Part shown: piece by piece, positions 18,932-29,166 of the stretch
How positions within the stretch are numbered: position 1 is the first letter of the stretch
How the letters are laid out: the number at the start of each line of letters is the position of its first letter
Assembly (NCBI GenBank): GCA_030682385.1
Contig: JAUXOG010000075.1
Coordinates: 1,825-65,824 of the forward strand
Direction: 5' to 3'
DNA: 64,000 bases
From: Bacteroidota bacterium
Lineage (GTDB): Bacteria > Bacteroidota > Ignavibacteria > UBA10030 > BY39
Program-made: the position numbers and the translations under genes
Notes under the pieces: generated by a model
What the model was told of the DNA's origin: nothing
What the model saw: only the letters and a program-made list of their open reading frames with translations
Database searches by the model: none

Positions 18932-21900
18932 ATGACGGACGATTACATCCCCAAATCTTCAGATGAATGGAAATCTTGGCTTGCTGAGCAAGAGAAGATA
19001 AACATTGAAGTTTATCTCAAGCAGCCACAACGTATTATTCAAGATTACAACACTGAAAAAGAAACCACACGAGATTATATCGGTCGTGAAATATTCGAAT
19101 TATTACAGAATGCAAACGATGCAGCTGCTGAAGTAGATCAACGCGGAAAGGTCCTCATTGAACTTACGAATGATCTTCTTATAGTTGCCAATAGTGGTGA
19201 ACCATTTTCAATTGGTGGTGTTAATTCACTTCTCTTTAGCCATATTAGTCCTAAGAAGAAGCGTAAGAATCTTATAGGTCAAAAAGGCTTAGGTTTTCGT
19301 TCAGTTCTTAATTGGTGCCAACAACCGACTATCTTTAGTGGCCATCTTAACCTTGCATATCAAGAATCAAAACGTAAAATACTTTTTGATAAACTTATAT
19401 CCAAAAAAGAAGAAATCGCTACACTTATCAAGAGAGAACGAGAATATCCGGATGAAGTCATAATTCCCACTTTACCATTCCCATGTTTTATCGACGCTTC
19501 TTCAGTAATTAGCGATCAATTGTTTAACAAATTATTCAAAATACGAAATCAGAACTACGATACCGTTATAGGCATACCATTTGACAAACCGGAATACTAT
19601 ACGGAAGCAAAGAAACAGTTGGTGTCTCTAGATTCTGCTATCATGCTATTTGCAGGGTCACTTGATGAAATACTGATTCGAATAGACGATGAAATTTATA
19701 GTCATTGGATGGTGGAAGAACGCGACAAACAGAAACAAACTGCGACTATAAAATGGCATGATTCACAGAAGATCCACTGGCAGATCTATGAACATAGTGG
19801 GGTGATCAATAACACGCAGAGCAGTATAAAGAGTGATTTGGGAAATGAATATACAATGATAATCGCGATTCCGAAAAATCAAAAAGTTGATTCTTCGACA
19901 CCTTTGTTCTCTTTTTTCCCTTTAGAACTGAAATTTCCATTTCCGGTTTTTTGCCATGTAACACTTGAATTGGAAGGTAATCGAAAACATCCACGCCCGA
20001 GTGCATCAAATATTGCTATTCTAAAAGAACTCACAAAGTTTTTTGCAGAAAAAGCAAGCCAACAAGATATTAGTGATGACCCATGGTCGAGAATACGTCT
20101 CCTTGCGAGGTCAAGTGAACTTGATAAATTCTTGGCAGACATTGATTTCGACAAAATCTTAATCGAGGAGGCAAGAAGACTTAACATCGTTCCAACGTTG
20201 GGTGGGATGCATCTCACTGCATCTAAAACTAAACAAATTAATGCCAAAAAGGTTCACTGGTTACCCCAAGAGCAATTTTCTAATATTGCCCTTTCACCTT
20301 CTTCAACGGAAATAACAAATTTTTATAATGCACTTGGTATTGAATTTATTTCAAATGGTGATCTAACTGAAAAATTAAACATGGTTGAGTTTCCAGATAT
20401 TGCTGCGCGGGCAACATTGATTGCGAATTTAATTAAACATAATTTGATTCCTGAAAATCCCGTTCCCCATCTCCTAATTGAGCAATCGGGCAGTAGGATA
20501 ACTGAAAATAGTCGCACCTTCTTACAATCTCGAGAGCAGAAAGTATTTGAGAGACCCGAATGGCTTAATATTCAATTTCTCCACGATGAGCTCAGGATAA
20601 AGCTGATGGAGCAGCTTGAGTTGACTGAAGTTCGTGAACTTCGTCAGAAATTATCTCCATTTGGTGTAAATGAATATTCACTAAGTTCTATAGCTTCTGC
20701 GCTTATCGCAGAGGCGAACAAAAGGATTACGTCTGAGCCTACTAAGAAAAAAGAAACTTACGATGATCTATTTATTACGTTGTTTTATCTCTATTCACAG
20801 CGTGGTGAAGCATCATTCCCTGAGGACATTGCCGTTCCGTTACGCACAAAAGCTGGTTCTTATGAAAGTGCAAAAACACTTTATTTCAGTGAGTCGTATA
20901 GTGTGAATGGTGATTGGCTCTCGGAATTGTACAAGTTGACACCAGATAAGTTGTTGGCTAATTTAAGCGATTTGGGTGTCGATGGTAACGATCTAAATTA
21001 TATTTCTTTTCTAAAGTGGATCGGTGTGGCAGATTTCCCACGAGAAATAATCCTTGATTCAGTTGAAAACTCTTACAAAAATTATGTTCTTGATTCATTA
21101 CCATATGAACCCGATGGAATAATTCTCGGTGAATATAAATATAAAAGAAGGGAGGATTTCAATGAGCCGGAAATTAGATCTATCAAGTCCTTTGATGGGA
21201 TTGAAAATTTCCCAAAGGCTGATCCGGCCGCAATAATAGTATGGTTAGCGTTAGATTCTCGTTGTAATCAATTGAGATCGAATCATCCATCTTTTGCATT
21301 GTTAACAGATCGTCCCTCAGGAGTCCGAAGATGGAATCGTAAAACTTATACTGGTCCAATACCTCACTATGCTAAATGGGGACTTGAAAGCTCATCGTGG
21401 TTAATAATAACCGATGGATCAAAAAGAAAACCATCTGAATGCATGATTGGGGAAAAGAGTCTTGAGAAAATATTTCCATCACCCGCAAGATTCAAGCATC
21501 CTTTATTTGATAAATATCTCCATGATCCTATTATGTTTCGAAGAGCATGGGAAAATGCTGGTGTTATTCCTGATGTAAATTATTTGTCGCGTAATCAAAT
21601 CAAAGATATATTAATCGCATTGCCTGAAAAGAACCCGAGCGGTGAATCCACAGGAACATTTTACAGAAACATTCTAGATGAAATCCGCACTGGAAATTTG
21701 GAGTGGGATGGACCAGATTATGATTTTATTTCAAATGGAAAAATGTGGGGAAAAGGTCCTGAAGGATTTAAATATTATCAAGTGAATGAACTACATCATA
21801 CAGATTCGCAGCAATTCCCAGAAATACTGACTTCAAAATTAAAAATGGTTGACCTACCAAAACGTTATCGCAATACAGAGATTAAGCATGCGTTCGGAAT

Positions 21901-23119
21901 AGAGCCATTGGATTCGACAAAACTCAAGTTTACTGATATCCAATTCGAAAAAAGGCCGGAAAGTGATAGCCTTCAATCACAATTTAATCAGATTAAACAT
22001 TTACTTCTAGCTTTACGTCCACCCAAATCAAGGAAGTCAAGTGAAGTTTCTAATTTTCGTGCGATCGAGTTAGTAACATGTGCTAAAATCGAGGTTGGGA
22101 TAGCGTATGAGTTGATATCTATCAAGACAGAATTTATAGAAGCTTTTAAATGGATCATCAAAGATGGGAAAGCGTTCATTTTAGTCCCAGATACACAGAA
22201 TGCTTCATTCCGTTCAGCAGTATGTTCGCGGAGTGTCGGACAAATAGTAGCCAGTGTTTTCAATTTGGAGAATCCTACTGAGTTTGCTTCCATCATTCAA
22301 GCTGATGAAGCCGATAGACATGAATTACTCAAACAAATGTTGGGTGAAGAAGTATTGCCGGATTTAGACAAGCTTAAACAAGAATTAAAAACGGATGAAG
22401 CACCCCTTCCTCCAATTATTATTCCACCCTTAGAAAATGGTAATCACACTTCTACACCATCAGGAGGTGCAAAACCACCAATTGGATTCCCTCCAACAAC
22501 CGTTACGCCAGCTACTCCTGAACCGCCGGTTCCAATATCTACAGATACTGTAAAGATATCTCCCGAAGAACATGAACCATCCCCACCGAAGAAACCAAAA
22601 GAAGTTGTGAGGAAAAAGGAAAGCGTTCCAACATTTGGCGGAGGAGAGACAAAAAGAGTTACTAATTGGAAGCGTTGCGAAGAACTTGCTGTTGTATTTG
22701 AAGAATCAGAGATTCGTTTTCCCATTAAGGTATCAGATATCGTTGGCTACAAGGGTCCAAAGTGCGATGTGCTTAGTTTTTCTTCAGCTGAACAACGGAT
22801 CATATTCCAACAGCTATCTTCTGATGAAAAAAATATCAACGATGTCGAGCGGTTTATAGAAGTGAAAGGTAGTGTTAATGAAAAAGGTGCAATAGATTTG
22901 AAGGGTAATGAGTTGACTGCCGCCAAGATATACAGTAATAAGTATTTTTTATATCGCATGTACGAGAAAACACAAAATGAATACTATGTTCTCATTGTCG
23001 TCAATCCACTAAACCAAAAAGAAGCACTCGAAGAGATTTGGGAAATCATCCCAGATAGAGCGAAAGATGCAACGAGGTTTCACATCGAAATTGGAATTCA
23101 GGAGATGAAGAACCCATGA
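18932..23119 (+). CDS. Sacsin-like GHKL ATPase domain + C-terminal DUF3883/NOV_C PD-(D/E)XK nuclease protein (1395 aa)
   Basis: N-terminal [27 protein letters not shown] (GHKL boxes); Pro-rich linker; C-terminal CDVLSF...RFIEVKG...NEL..A...YFLYR. Confidence 0.82.
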   Translation: MTDDYIPKSSDEWKSWLAEQEKINIEVYLKQPQRIIQDYNTEKETTRDYIGREIFELLQNANDAAAEVDQRGKVLIELTNDLLIVANSGEPFSIGGVNSLLFSHISPKKKRKNLIGQKGLGFRSVLNWCQQPTIFSGHLNLAYQESKRKILFDKLISKKEEIATLIKREREYPDEVIIPTLPFPCFIDASSVISDQLFNKLFKIRNQNYDTVIGIPFDKPEYYTEAKKQLVSLDSAIMLFAGSLDEILIRIDDEIYSHWMVEERDKQKQTATIKWHDSQKIHWQIYEHSGVINNTQSSIKSDLGNEYTMIIAIPKNQKVDSSTPLFSFFPLELKFPFPVFCHVTLELEGNRKHPRPSASNIAILKELTKFFAEKASQQDISDDPWSRIRLLARSSELDKFLADIDFDKILIEEARRLNIVPTLGGMHLTASKTKQINAKKVHWLPQEQFSNIALSPSSTEITNFYNALGIEFISNGDLTEKLNMVEFPDIAARATLIANLIKHNLIPENPVPHLLIEQSGSRITENSRTFLQSREQKVFERPEWLNIQFLHDELRIKLMEQLELTEVRELRQKLSPFGVNEYSLSSIASALIAEANKRITSEPTKKKETYDDLFITLFYLYSQRGEASFPEDIAVPLRTKAGSYESAKTLYFSESYSVNGDWLSELYKLTPDKLLANLSDLGVDGNDLNYISFLKWIGVADFPREIILDSVENSYKNYVLDSLPYEPDGIILGEYKYKRREDFNEPEIRSIKSFDGIENFPKADPAAIIVWLALDSRCNQLRSNHPSFALLTDRPSGVRRWNRKTYTGPIPHYAKWGLESSSWLIITDGSKRKPSECMIGEKSLEKIFPSPARFKHPLFDKYLHDPIMFRRAWENAGVIPDVNYLSRNQIKDILIALPEKNPSGESTGTFYRNILDEIRTGNLEWDGPDYDFISNGKMWGKGPEGFKYYQVNELHHTDSQQFPEILTSKLKMVDLPKRYRNTEIKHAFGIEPLDSTKLKFTDIQFEKRPESDSLQSQFNQIKHLLLALRPPKSRKSSEVSNFRAIELVTCAKIEVGIAYELISIKTEFIEAFKWIIKDGKAFILVPDTQNASFRSAVCSRSVGQIVASVFNLENPTEFASIIQADEADRHELLKQMLGEEVLPDLDKLKQELKTDEAPLPPIIIPPLENGNHTSTPSGGAKPPIGFPPTTVTPATPEPPVPISTDTVKISPEEHEPSPPKKPKEVVRKKESVPTFGGGETKRVTNWKRCEELAVVFEESEIRFPIKVSDIVGYKGPKCDVLSFSSAEQRIIFQQLSSDEKNINDVERFIEVKGSVNEKGAIDLKGNELTAAKIYSNKYFLYRMYEKTQNEYYVLIVVNPLNQKEALEEIWEIIPDRAKDATRFHIEIGIQEMKNP

Positions 23120-23397
23120 CATACGATTACACAGAAGATAAACTCGTTCAAGAAATCACAGTCATAAAATACGATTTACCTGAAAACAGTTATGTAACCT
23201 TGAAAATATATGATGTTTTGGGCAGAGAGGTTGTTAGGTTGGTTGATGGATTCCAAGAAGCTGGTTATAAATCTATAGAATTTGATGCTCTAAATTTGAC
23301 TAGCGGTGTTTATTTTTATAAACTTGTGGTGAGTTCATCGAACCCATTGAATGCAAATAATTATACTTCAATCAAGAAAATGTTATTAATTCGATAA
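23116..23397 (+). pseudogene. Chimeric remnant: Type I HsdR-like N-terminal 13 aa fused to the distal part of a T9SS-type C-terminal domain
   Basis: [13 protein letters not shown] followed by [26 protein letters not shown]...SGVYFYKL...KKMLLIR, which lacks the leading NYPNPFNP; ATGA overlap with the upstream gene. Confidence 0.6.
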
Positions 23398-23467
23398 ATT
23401 CAAATTTTATATATTGTAACATAAGGAAAATTAATCGACAGTCGAATAACCAACATCGAATAACGAA

Positions 23468-23535
23468 TCCGCCTGCGTTCCAGAAAACGGAACTTCCGCT
23501 TACACTTCGTTTCAGCGGACAAGTCGGCGGACAGG
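23468..23535. repeat. Composite/nested palindromic element TCCGCCTGC...GCGGACAGG within a heptamer-like tract upstream of the OPT gene
   Basis: tccgcctgc gttcc-agaaaac-ggaac t tccgct-tacacttcgtttc-agcgga caagtcg gcggacagg, flanked by atcgaataacgaa and tatcgaacatccaat. Confidence 0.7.
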
Positions 23536-23572
23536 TATCGAACATCCAATAAATTAATCACAGGAGATCTAA

Positions 23573-25567
23573 ATGGAACCAACAACACGTAGTTTACCGC
23601 CGAATGCCTACAAGGAATTAAAACCGGGTGAGAAATATATTCCCGTAGTTCCGGCAGGGACAATCATTCCCGAAGTTACCCCCTGGTCTTTAACTTGGGG
23701 TTTAATTATGGCTGCTGTATTTTCAGCCGCCGCCGCTTATTTAGGATTAAAGATCGGACAAGTTTTTGAAGCGGCTATTCCAATTGCAATCATAGCAGTC
23801 GGTTTAACAGCAATAACAAAACGTAAAAATGCTTTATCCGAGAATGTTATTATTCAATCTATCGGCGCTGCGTCGGGTGTCGTGGTAGCGGGCGCTATTT
23901 TTACAATCCCCGCACTTTACATTCTTCACGGTGAAGGAACGATAGATATAATACCAACTTTCTGGCAAATCTTTTTTGCCTCTCTCTTTGGGGGATTTCT
24001 TGGTATTCTATTTCTAATTCCATTCAGAAAATATTTTGTTCAAGAAATGCACGGACAATTTCCATTCCCCGAGGCAACTGCCACTACTGAAATTTTAGTA
24101 GCGGGTGAAAAGGGCGGACAGCAGGCAAAAGTTCTTGTCTCGGCTGCAATCATCGGCGGCTTGTACGATTTTGCGATTCAAACGTTCGGAGCGTGGAAGG
24201 AAGTCTTCAACTCCAAAATATTGCCGGTCTTCGATAAAATGTCGGATGTCTATAAACTTGAAGGTAAATTAAATGTCGGTGCTGCGGTTTTAGGACTTGG
24301 CTATATAGTCGGTTTGAAGTATGCTTCAATAATTGCAGCGGGTTCTTTCCTATCATGGTTTTTGCTAATTCCTGTTTTTTCTTATGTAGGTAGCGATTTA
24401 ACAGTAACTATAGGTTCAACGGCTACTAAATTAATTGGCCAGATGTCTGCCGATGAAATATTCCGAGCGTATGTCAGGCATATTGGAATAGGCGGTATCG
24501 CTATGGCAGGTATGATAGGCATTTATAAATCTCGTAAAATAATCGGCGGGGCATTCAAACTTGCATTCGAAGAAATTTTCAGAAAGAAACATATCGCCGA
24601 GCGAACAATAGTCCGTACCGAAAAAGAACTTTCGATGGGATTAGTTGTAGGTTTAATCGCAGTGCTCGCAGTATTCATATTTATTTTCTTCGCTGTTGCT
24701 GTTGTCGATACTGTGTGGTTCGCAATCACAGCATTACTAATTGTTTTGATAGTCTCTTTTCTCTTTACTACGGTTGCAGCACGAGCAATAGCTATCGTCG
24801 GAACAAACCCGGTTTCGGGAATGACGCTGATGACTTTGATTTTGTCTTCATTCATACTCGTGTCGATTGGATTAAAAGGGAGCGCGGGAATGGTTTCTGC
24901 GTTAATCATCGGCGGTGTGGTTTGCACGGCTCTCTCGATGGCTGGCGGTTTTATCACTGATTTAAAAATTGGTTATTGGCTGGGAACTACACCAATCAAG
25001 CAGCAGTCGTATAAATTTTTAGGGACAATCGTTGCAGCCGCAACTGTCGGTTTGGTAATTATGCTGCTGAACGAAACTTACGGCTTCGTCGGCGAAGGTG
25101 CGCTCGTTGCACCACAGGCAAATGCTATGGCGGCAGTAATCAAACCGTTGATGTCCGAAATGCCGGCGCCTTGGGCATTGTATATTGCGGGCGCTTTAGT
25201 AGCTCTTACTTTACAAATGATAAACGTACCGCCGCTTGCTTTTGCACTCGGCATGTACATTCCTCTCGAACTTAATACACCAATTTTGCTTGGTGGACTT
25301 ATTGCGCACATCGTTTCTACTCGAACGAAAGATGAGCCGCTAAACAACGCACGCCGTGAACGCGGAACTTTGATTGCCTCTGGCTTCATCGCAGGCGGTG
25401 CTATTATGGGTGTAGTGAGTGCAACGTTGAAATATTTCAACTTCAATTACGAAAACTTTGGTTGGCACTGGGGCGAGTCATTCGGCGGCGAATTGTTAGC
25501 AGTATTTATGTTCCTCGGTATCGCCGCCTATTTCATCTGGGATTCAAAACGCGCGAAGCCTGAATAG
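23573..25567 (+). CDS. Oligopeptide transporter, OPT family
   Basis: YLGLKIG, ENVIIQS, FPEATAT, NPVSGMTL, DLKIGYWLGTTP, APQANAMA; highly hydrophobic. Confidence 0.93.
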   Translation: MEPTTRSLPPNAYKELKPGEKYIPVVPAGTIIPEVTPWSLTWGLIMAAVFSAAAAYLGLKIGQVFEAAIPIAIIAVGLTAITKRKNALSENVIIQSIGAASGVVVAGAIFTIPALYILHGEGTIDIIPTFWQIFFASLFGGFLGILFLIPFRKYFVQEMHGQFPFPEATATTEILVAGEKGGQQAKVLVSAAIIGGLYDFAIQTFGAWKEVFNSKILPVFDKMSDVYKLEGKLNVGAAVLGLGYIVGLKYASIIAAGSFLSWFLLIPVFSYVGSDLTVTIGSTATKLIGQMSADEIFRAYVRHIGIGGIAMAGMIGIYKSRKIIGGAFKLAFEEIFRKKHIAERTIVRTEKELSMGLVVGLIAVLAVFIFIFFAVAVVDTVWFAITALLIVLIVSFLFTTVAARAIAIVGTNPVSGMTLMTLILSSFILVSIGLKGSAGMVSALIIGGVVCTALSMAGGFITDLKIGYWLGTTPIKQQSYKFLGTIVAAATVGLVIMLLNETYGFVGEGALVAPQANAMAAVIKPLMSEMPAPWALYIAGALVALTLQMINVPPLAFALGMYIPLELNTPILLGGLIAHIVSTRTKDEPLNNARRERGTLIASGFIAGGAIMGVVSATLKYFNFNYENFGWHWGESFGGELLAVFMFLGIAAYFIWDSKRAKPE

Positions 25568-25591
25568 TTTCACAATTTCACGTGATAATGG

Positions 25592-25627
25592 AAATCCCGA
25601 AAGTCTAACTTTCGGGATTTTTTGTTT
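25592..25627 (+). terminator. Rho-independent terminator between convergent genes
   Basis: aaatcccgaaag-tctaa-ctttcgggattt followed by tttgttt. Confidence 0.8.
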
Positions 25628-26801
25628 ATACCACCCAAATCTTCTTCTGCGGTTTGGATAAAAACTTACAACCATCTTTTGTAACCACCACTATCTCTTC
25701 TACCGTAGCGATTCCATAACCTTCGACCGTGAGTCGTGGCTCGATAGTGTAAACTTGTCCTTCTTCAATTTTTTCGTAAGGCAGATTTCCGTATCGTTCC
25801 CAACGCGGGAAAAGTCCCCCGCCGCCGTCGTGCGCAACGCGCCCGATCTGATGACCAAGTCCGTGGGGATATTCAGCGTAACCGCTGGATGTAATATGAT
25901 TGCGTGCAGCATCGTCAACTTCACAGCCCTGAACACCGGGTTTTAGTTTTTTTGCAGCGAGCTGTATCGCTTCTATAATCGTATTAAAGCCCCGAACAAC
26001 TTCGATTGGAGGAATTTTTTCACCTTTTCTTTTTATATACCAGGTGCGTTGTAAATCTGAACAGTATCCATTTTTCTTAACTCCAAAATCTATATTCAAA
26101 ATATGCCCGCCTTCAATTTTCCGGTTTGTCGGTCCTGCGTGTGCGCCAGCCGATTCAGGTCCCGTAAAAACTGCCGGACAGTGTTCTTTATCCCACGCCG
26201 GTTCGAGTCCTGATTTTTTCACTTCCTTCAAAATGAATTTAGCAACATCTTGTTCGGATTTTCCGGGTTTAATAAACTGAGAAACTTTATCGAATATTTC
26301 CAATGTAACATCAATCGAATCTTTTATCAGTTTTAATTCTGTTCCCGATTTTCTTCCTCTCAATGCCGAGATAATCGGTTCGGCTGAAATTATTCTTTCT
26401 ATAAATTGTGTCCCCTCTAAATAACTCATAAATTGCAGCCACATTCCGTGTGTGAGTCCATCCGATGTTACGGTATTTGTTGAATAATTCAAAGCTATAG
26501 TTTTAGGATTTATTCTATTCAATACTTCCAATAAAGTATCCTTTATCGATTGAACGTATCCGATAATCTCTTTGTAATGCCCATGAGTTTTAAGGTTTGC
26601 AATATCCAAACTTCCGGCAATCGCGATTGTTTCGCCTTTCGCTGTTATGATGTAGGCAGTTTGCCAAGTGCAATTTGTTCCGATAGTTACATCTATAACA
26701 GGGTCGGGTATTGTGGCGCTTTCGCGGACAAAGGTCGTCCACATATCAATTTTCTTTTCTTTTAAAATCTCAATTGCCTGTTGAATTTTTTCTCGTACCA
26801 T
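25626..26801 (-). CDS. Xaa-Pro peptidase family (M24) protein
   Basis: IDFGV...YCSDLQRT, HGLGHQIG..AHD, TIEP, EEIVVVT metal ligands; ATG at 26801 after GGAG. Confidence 0.92.
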   Translation of the reverse strand: MVREKIQQAIEILKEKKIDMWTTFVRESATIPDPVIDVTIGTNCTWQTAYIITAKGETIAIAGSLDIANLKTHGHYKEIIGYVQSIKDTLLEVLNRINPKTIALNYSTNTVTSDGLTHGMWLQFMSYLEGTQFIERIISAEPIISALRGRKSGTELKLIKDSIDVTLEIFDKVSQFIKPGKSEQDVAKFILKEVKKSGLEPAWDKEHCPAVFTGPESAGAHAGPTNRKIEGGHILNIDFGVKKNGYCSDLQRTWYIKRKGEKIPPIEVVRGFNTIIEAIQLAAKKLKPGVQGCEVDDAARNHITSSGYAEYPHGLGHQIGRVAHDGGGGLFPRWERYGNLPYEKIEEGQVYTIEPRLTVEGYGIATVEEIVVVTKDGCKFLSKPQKKIWVV

Positions 26802-26856
26802 ATTTATCTCCATTATATTTTGTAAAAATTTACTTAAGTCGTACGACTAAAGCAAG

Positions 26857-26885
26857 TTGACTTTAGTAAATAATCTTTTTATCAT
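26857..26885 (+). promoter_or_regulatory. Sigma70-like promoter for the 26925-28678 gene pair
   Basis: TTGACT-N17-TATCAT, about 40 bp upstream of the ATG at 26925. Confidence 0.55.
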
Positions 26886-26924
26886 TGCACAACGGTTTTT
26901 AGTTCTAATAAATTAAGAGAAATT

Positions 26925-28004
26925 ATGAACCTACATAAATATGTGGTAATACTAACGATTGTTCTTATTAGCGTTTCAGCTTCGCTATCGCTTCCGAGAT
27001 TTTCGGCACGAACAGGGATCAGTTGTCAGGGATGTCATATCAATCCGTCGGGCGGCGGTATGCGAAATTATTACGGTACTGTATTTTACGGCAGGCAAAC
27101 TCTTCCGGTAAAAAAATGGTTCGATAGTTTTGAAATTTCCAATTTTACATCTAAAATCAATGAATTTGTAAGCATTGGTGCCGATTTCAGAACTCTTTTT
27201 TATTATGTCGAAAAAACACGGAGCAGTTCTTTTTATCAGATGCAAGGGGATATTTACGCAAATCTAAAAATTGCCGAAGGTGTTTCGATGTATATCGATA
27301 AAGGTTTGTATAAGGGATTTGAGATTTTCGGGTTAATGAATATTTTGCCGGAAAATGGTTACATAAAAGTCGGACGATTCACCCCCGTCTTTGGAACTAA
27401 GACCGATGACCACACAAATTTTATACGCGCGAAAACAGTTTTTCAAAACAACCGAGCCGAAGATTCAGGGATTGAAGCAGCTACCGCCCCCGGGAATTTC
27501 GCCGTTACAGTTGGGTTATTCAACGGAGCAAGCAGTGGCGATTTATCGGATAGCAAAATTCGCCTATTGACCGGTAATGCTGATGCGAGATTTAAAATTG
27601 AGGAGATAAATTTTTCGATTGGTAGCTCGTTGTGGTTTAATAGTTTGAGTTCGGGAATAATGAGAATGTTTGGCGGCTACGGTTCGATTAATTACATAAA
27701 TATTACTGTTAACGGAGAAATAGATTTAAAGCAAGATAAATCAATTTTAGGATTAGGAACAAAAGAATTAATTTCATTGGTCGAGTTAAACTATTTGTTG
27801 TTCGATGGATTAGATTTGAAATTTATGTACGATTATTACGATTACGATATAAGATACAAAACCGGATTTGAGAGTCGCTATAGTTTCGGTTTCGAGTTTT
27901 TTCCGATTAGTGGAGTTGAAGTCAGACCCGTGTATCGATTATCTCAGGATAGGAACAAAAATAAAAATAATGAAATCAATTTTTTGATTCATTTCTATTT
28001 ATAA
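26925..28004 (+). CDS. Outer-membrane beta-barrel (porin-like) protein with an N-terminal CxxCH heme-binding motif
   Basis: Signal peptide, PRFSARTGISCQGCHINPSGGG, alternating beta-strand pattern, C-terminal ...FLIHFYL. Confidence 0.7.
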   Translation: MNLHKYVVILTIVLISVSASLSLPRFSARTGISCQGCHINPSGGGMRNYYGTVFYGRQTLPVKKWFDSFEISNFTSKINEFVSIGADFRTLFYYVEKTRSSSFYQMQGDIYANLKIAEGVSMYIDKGLYKGFEIFGLMNILPENGYIKVGRFTPVFGTKTDDHTNFIRAKTVFQNNRAEDSGIEAATAPGNFAVTVGLFNGASSGDLSDSKIRLLTGNADARFKIEEINFSIGSSLWFNSLSSGIMRMFGGYGSINYINITVNGEIDLKQDKSILGLGTKELISLVELNYLLFDGLDLKFMYDYYDYDIRYKTGFESRYSFGFEFFPISGVEVRPVYRLSQDRNKNKNNEINFLIHFYL

Positions 28005-28024
28005 AATTTAAAAAGGAGAAAAAT

Positions 28025-28678
28025 ATGTTTACAAAAATAAAATTAATTAGTTTCCTAGCAATTTTGTCAGTTGGTTTTCTGTTTATCGGCGGATGCGAGG
28101 ATAAAGGTACCAATCCACCACCACATGGGCTTACTTTAAGCAGCACCAACGTAACATTAGCAGTAGGTGCCTCAACCAATATTACAGTGTCGGGTGGAAT
28201 TACACCTTACGACATACACAAAGACCCGGATACAACAATAGCGAAGGCAATTTTATCGGGTTCGACTTTAACAATCACAGGAGTTAGAGCAGGTCAAACA
28301 TCCGTATTAGTCCGCGACAAGCGTGAACCTGAGCGGGATACAGTGCGTGTTTATATAACTGTTACCGCAATAAGTCAGGTCTCTTTTTCCACCCAAATTC
28401 AACCGATATTCAACGCAAGTTGTACCGGTTGTCACGGAAGCTCTGGCGGGCTGAACCTTAGTGCCAGCGTCAGTCATGCAAACTTGGTAAATGTAAATGC
28501 CCAATCGAGTTGCACAACTCTTAAAAGGGTTTTGCCAACGAATGCGAGCCAAAGTGTGCTATATCTAAAAGTTGCCGGAACCGATTGTGGAAACCGTATG
28601 CCTCAGGGGGGCAGTTTACCAACTCAACAAATAAATTTGATAAACGATTGGATAACTCAAGGTGCCTTAAATAATTAA
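28025..28678 (+). CDS. Lipoprotein with Ig-like region and C-terminal monoheme cytochrome c domain (planctomycete cytochrome c-like)
   Basis: Lipobox IGGC; VSFSTQIQPIFNASCTGCH...RMP...INDWITQGA. Confidence 0.75.
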   Translation: MFTKIKLISFLAILSVGFLFIGGCEDKGTNPPPHGLTLSSTNVTLAVGASTNITVSGGITPYDIHKDPDTTIAKAILSGSTLTITGVRAGQTSVLVRDKREPERDTVRVYITVTAISQVSFSTQIQPIFNASCTGCHGSSGGLNLSASVSHANLVNVNAQSSCTTLKRVLPTNASQSVLYLKVAGTDCGNRMPQGGSLPTQQINLINDWITQGALNN

Positions 28679-28679
28679 C

Positions 28680-28708
28680 TTGCGTTTAATATCTAATTTT
28701 TGTAACAT
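28680..28708 (+). promoter_or_regulatory. Possible sigma70-like promoter upstream of the STAS gene
   Basis: TTGCGT-N17-TAACAT. Confidence 0.4.
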
Positions 28709-28750
28709 TATTCGGTATTTATAAGGATAAAATCAATAACAGGAAGAAAT

Positions 28751-29092
28751 ATGCAAATTAAAGAGAACATGGTAGAAGATGTAGCAATAATTACATTGAA
28801 GGGCGACCTAATTGGCGAACCCGAAACAACAAAAATCCGCGAGAAAGTTCGCAGCTTAATTACCGATGATATTAAAAAAGTAGTTATCGATTTAGCTGAT
28901 GTTGCTTATATTAACAGCACCGGTTTGGGGAGCTTAATTTCGGTTTTAACAACACTTCGAAATGCCGGTGGCGACTTAAAACTTTCGCGTGTCGGGGAAA
29001 AGATAAAATCGATTTTTGTGATTACTCAGTTAATAAAAGTATTCGACACACACGAAACGGTTGAACGGTCCGTAGCGGCTTTCAAGAAATAG
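28751..29092 (+). CDS. STAS domain anti-sigma factor antagonist
   Basis: VVIDLADVAYINSTGLGSLI...GGDLKL...FVITQL. Confidence 0.92.
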   Translation: MQIKENMVEDVAIITLKGDLIGEPETTKIREKVRSLITDDIKKVVIDLADVAYINSTGLGSLISVLTTLRNAGGDLKLSRVGEKIKSIFVITQLIKVFDTHETVERSVAAFKK

Positions 29093-29099
29093 TAAAATT

Positions 29100-29141
29100 A
29101 CAGAATCGCTCAAGTTACACAGCTTGAGAGATTCTGTTTTT
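29100..29141 (+). terminator. Probable Rho-independent terminator after the STAS gene
   Basis: acagaatc-g-ctcaag-ttacacag-cttgag-a-gattctgt followed by tttt. Confidence 0.65.
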
Positions 29142-29166
29142 AAACGAAAAAACAAAAGGAGGTTGT

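Noticed and set aside
23400-23663. 87-aa minus-strand ORF across the composite palindrome
   Set aside because: Antisense to the OPT start and runs through repeat DNA; no protein-like features.
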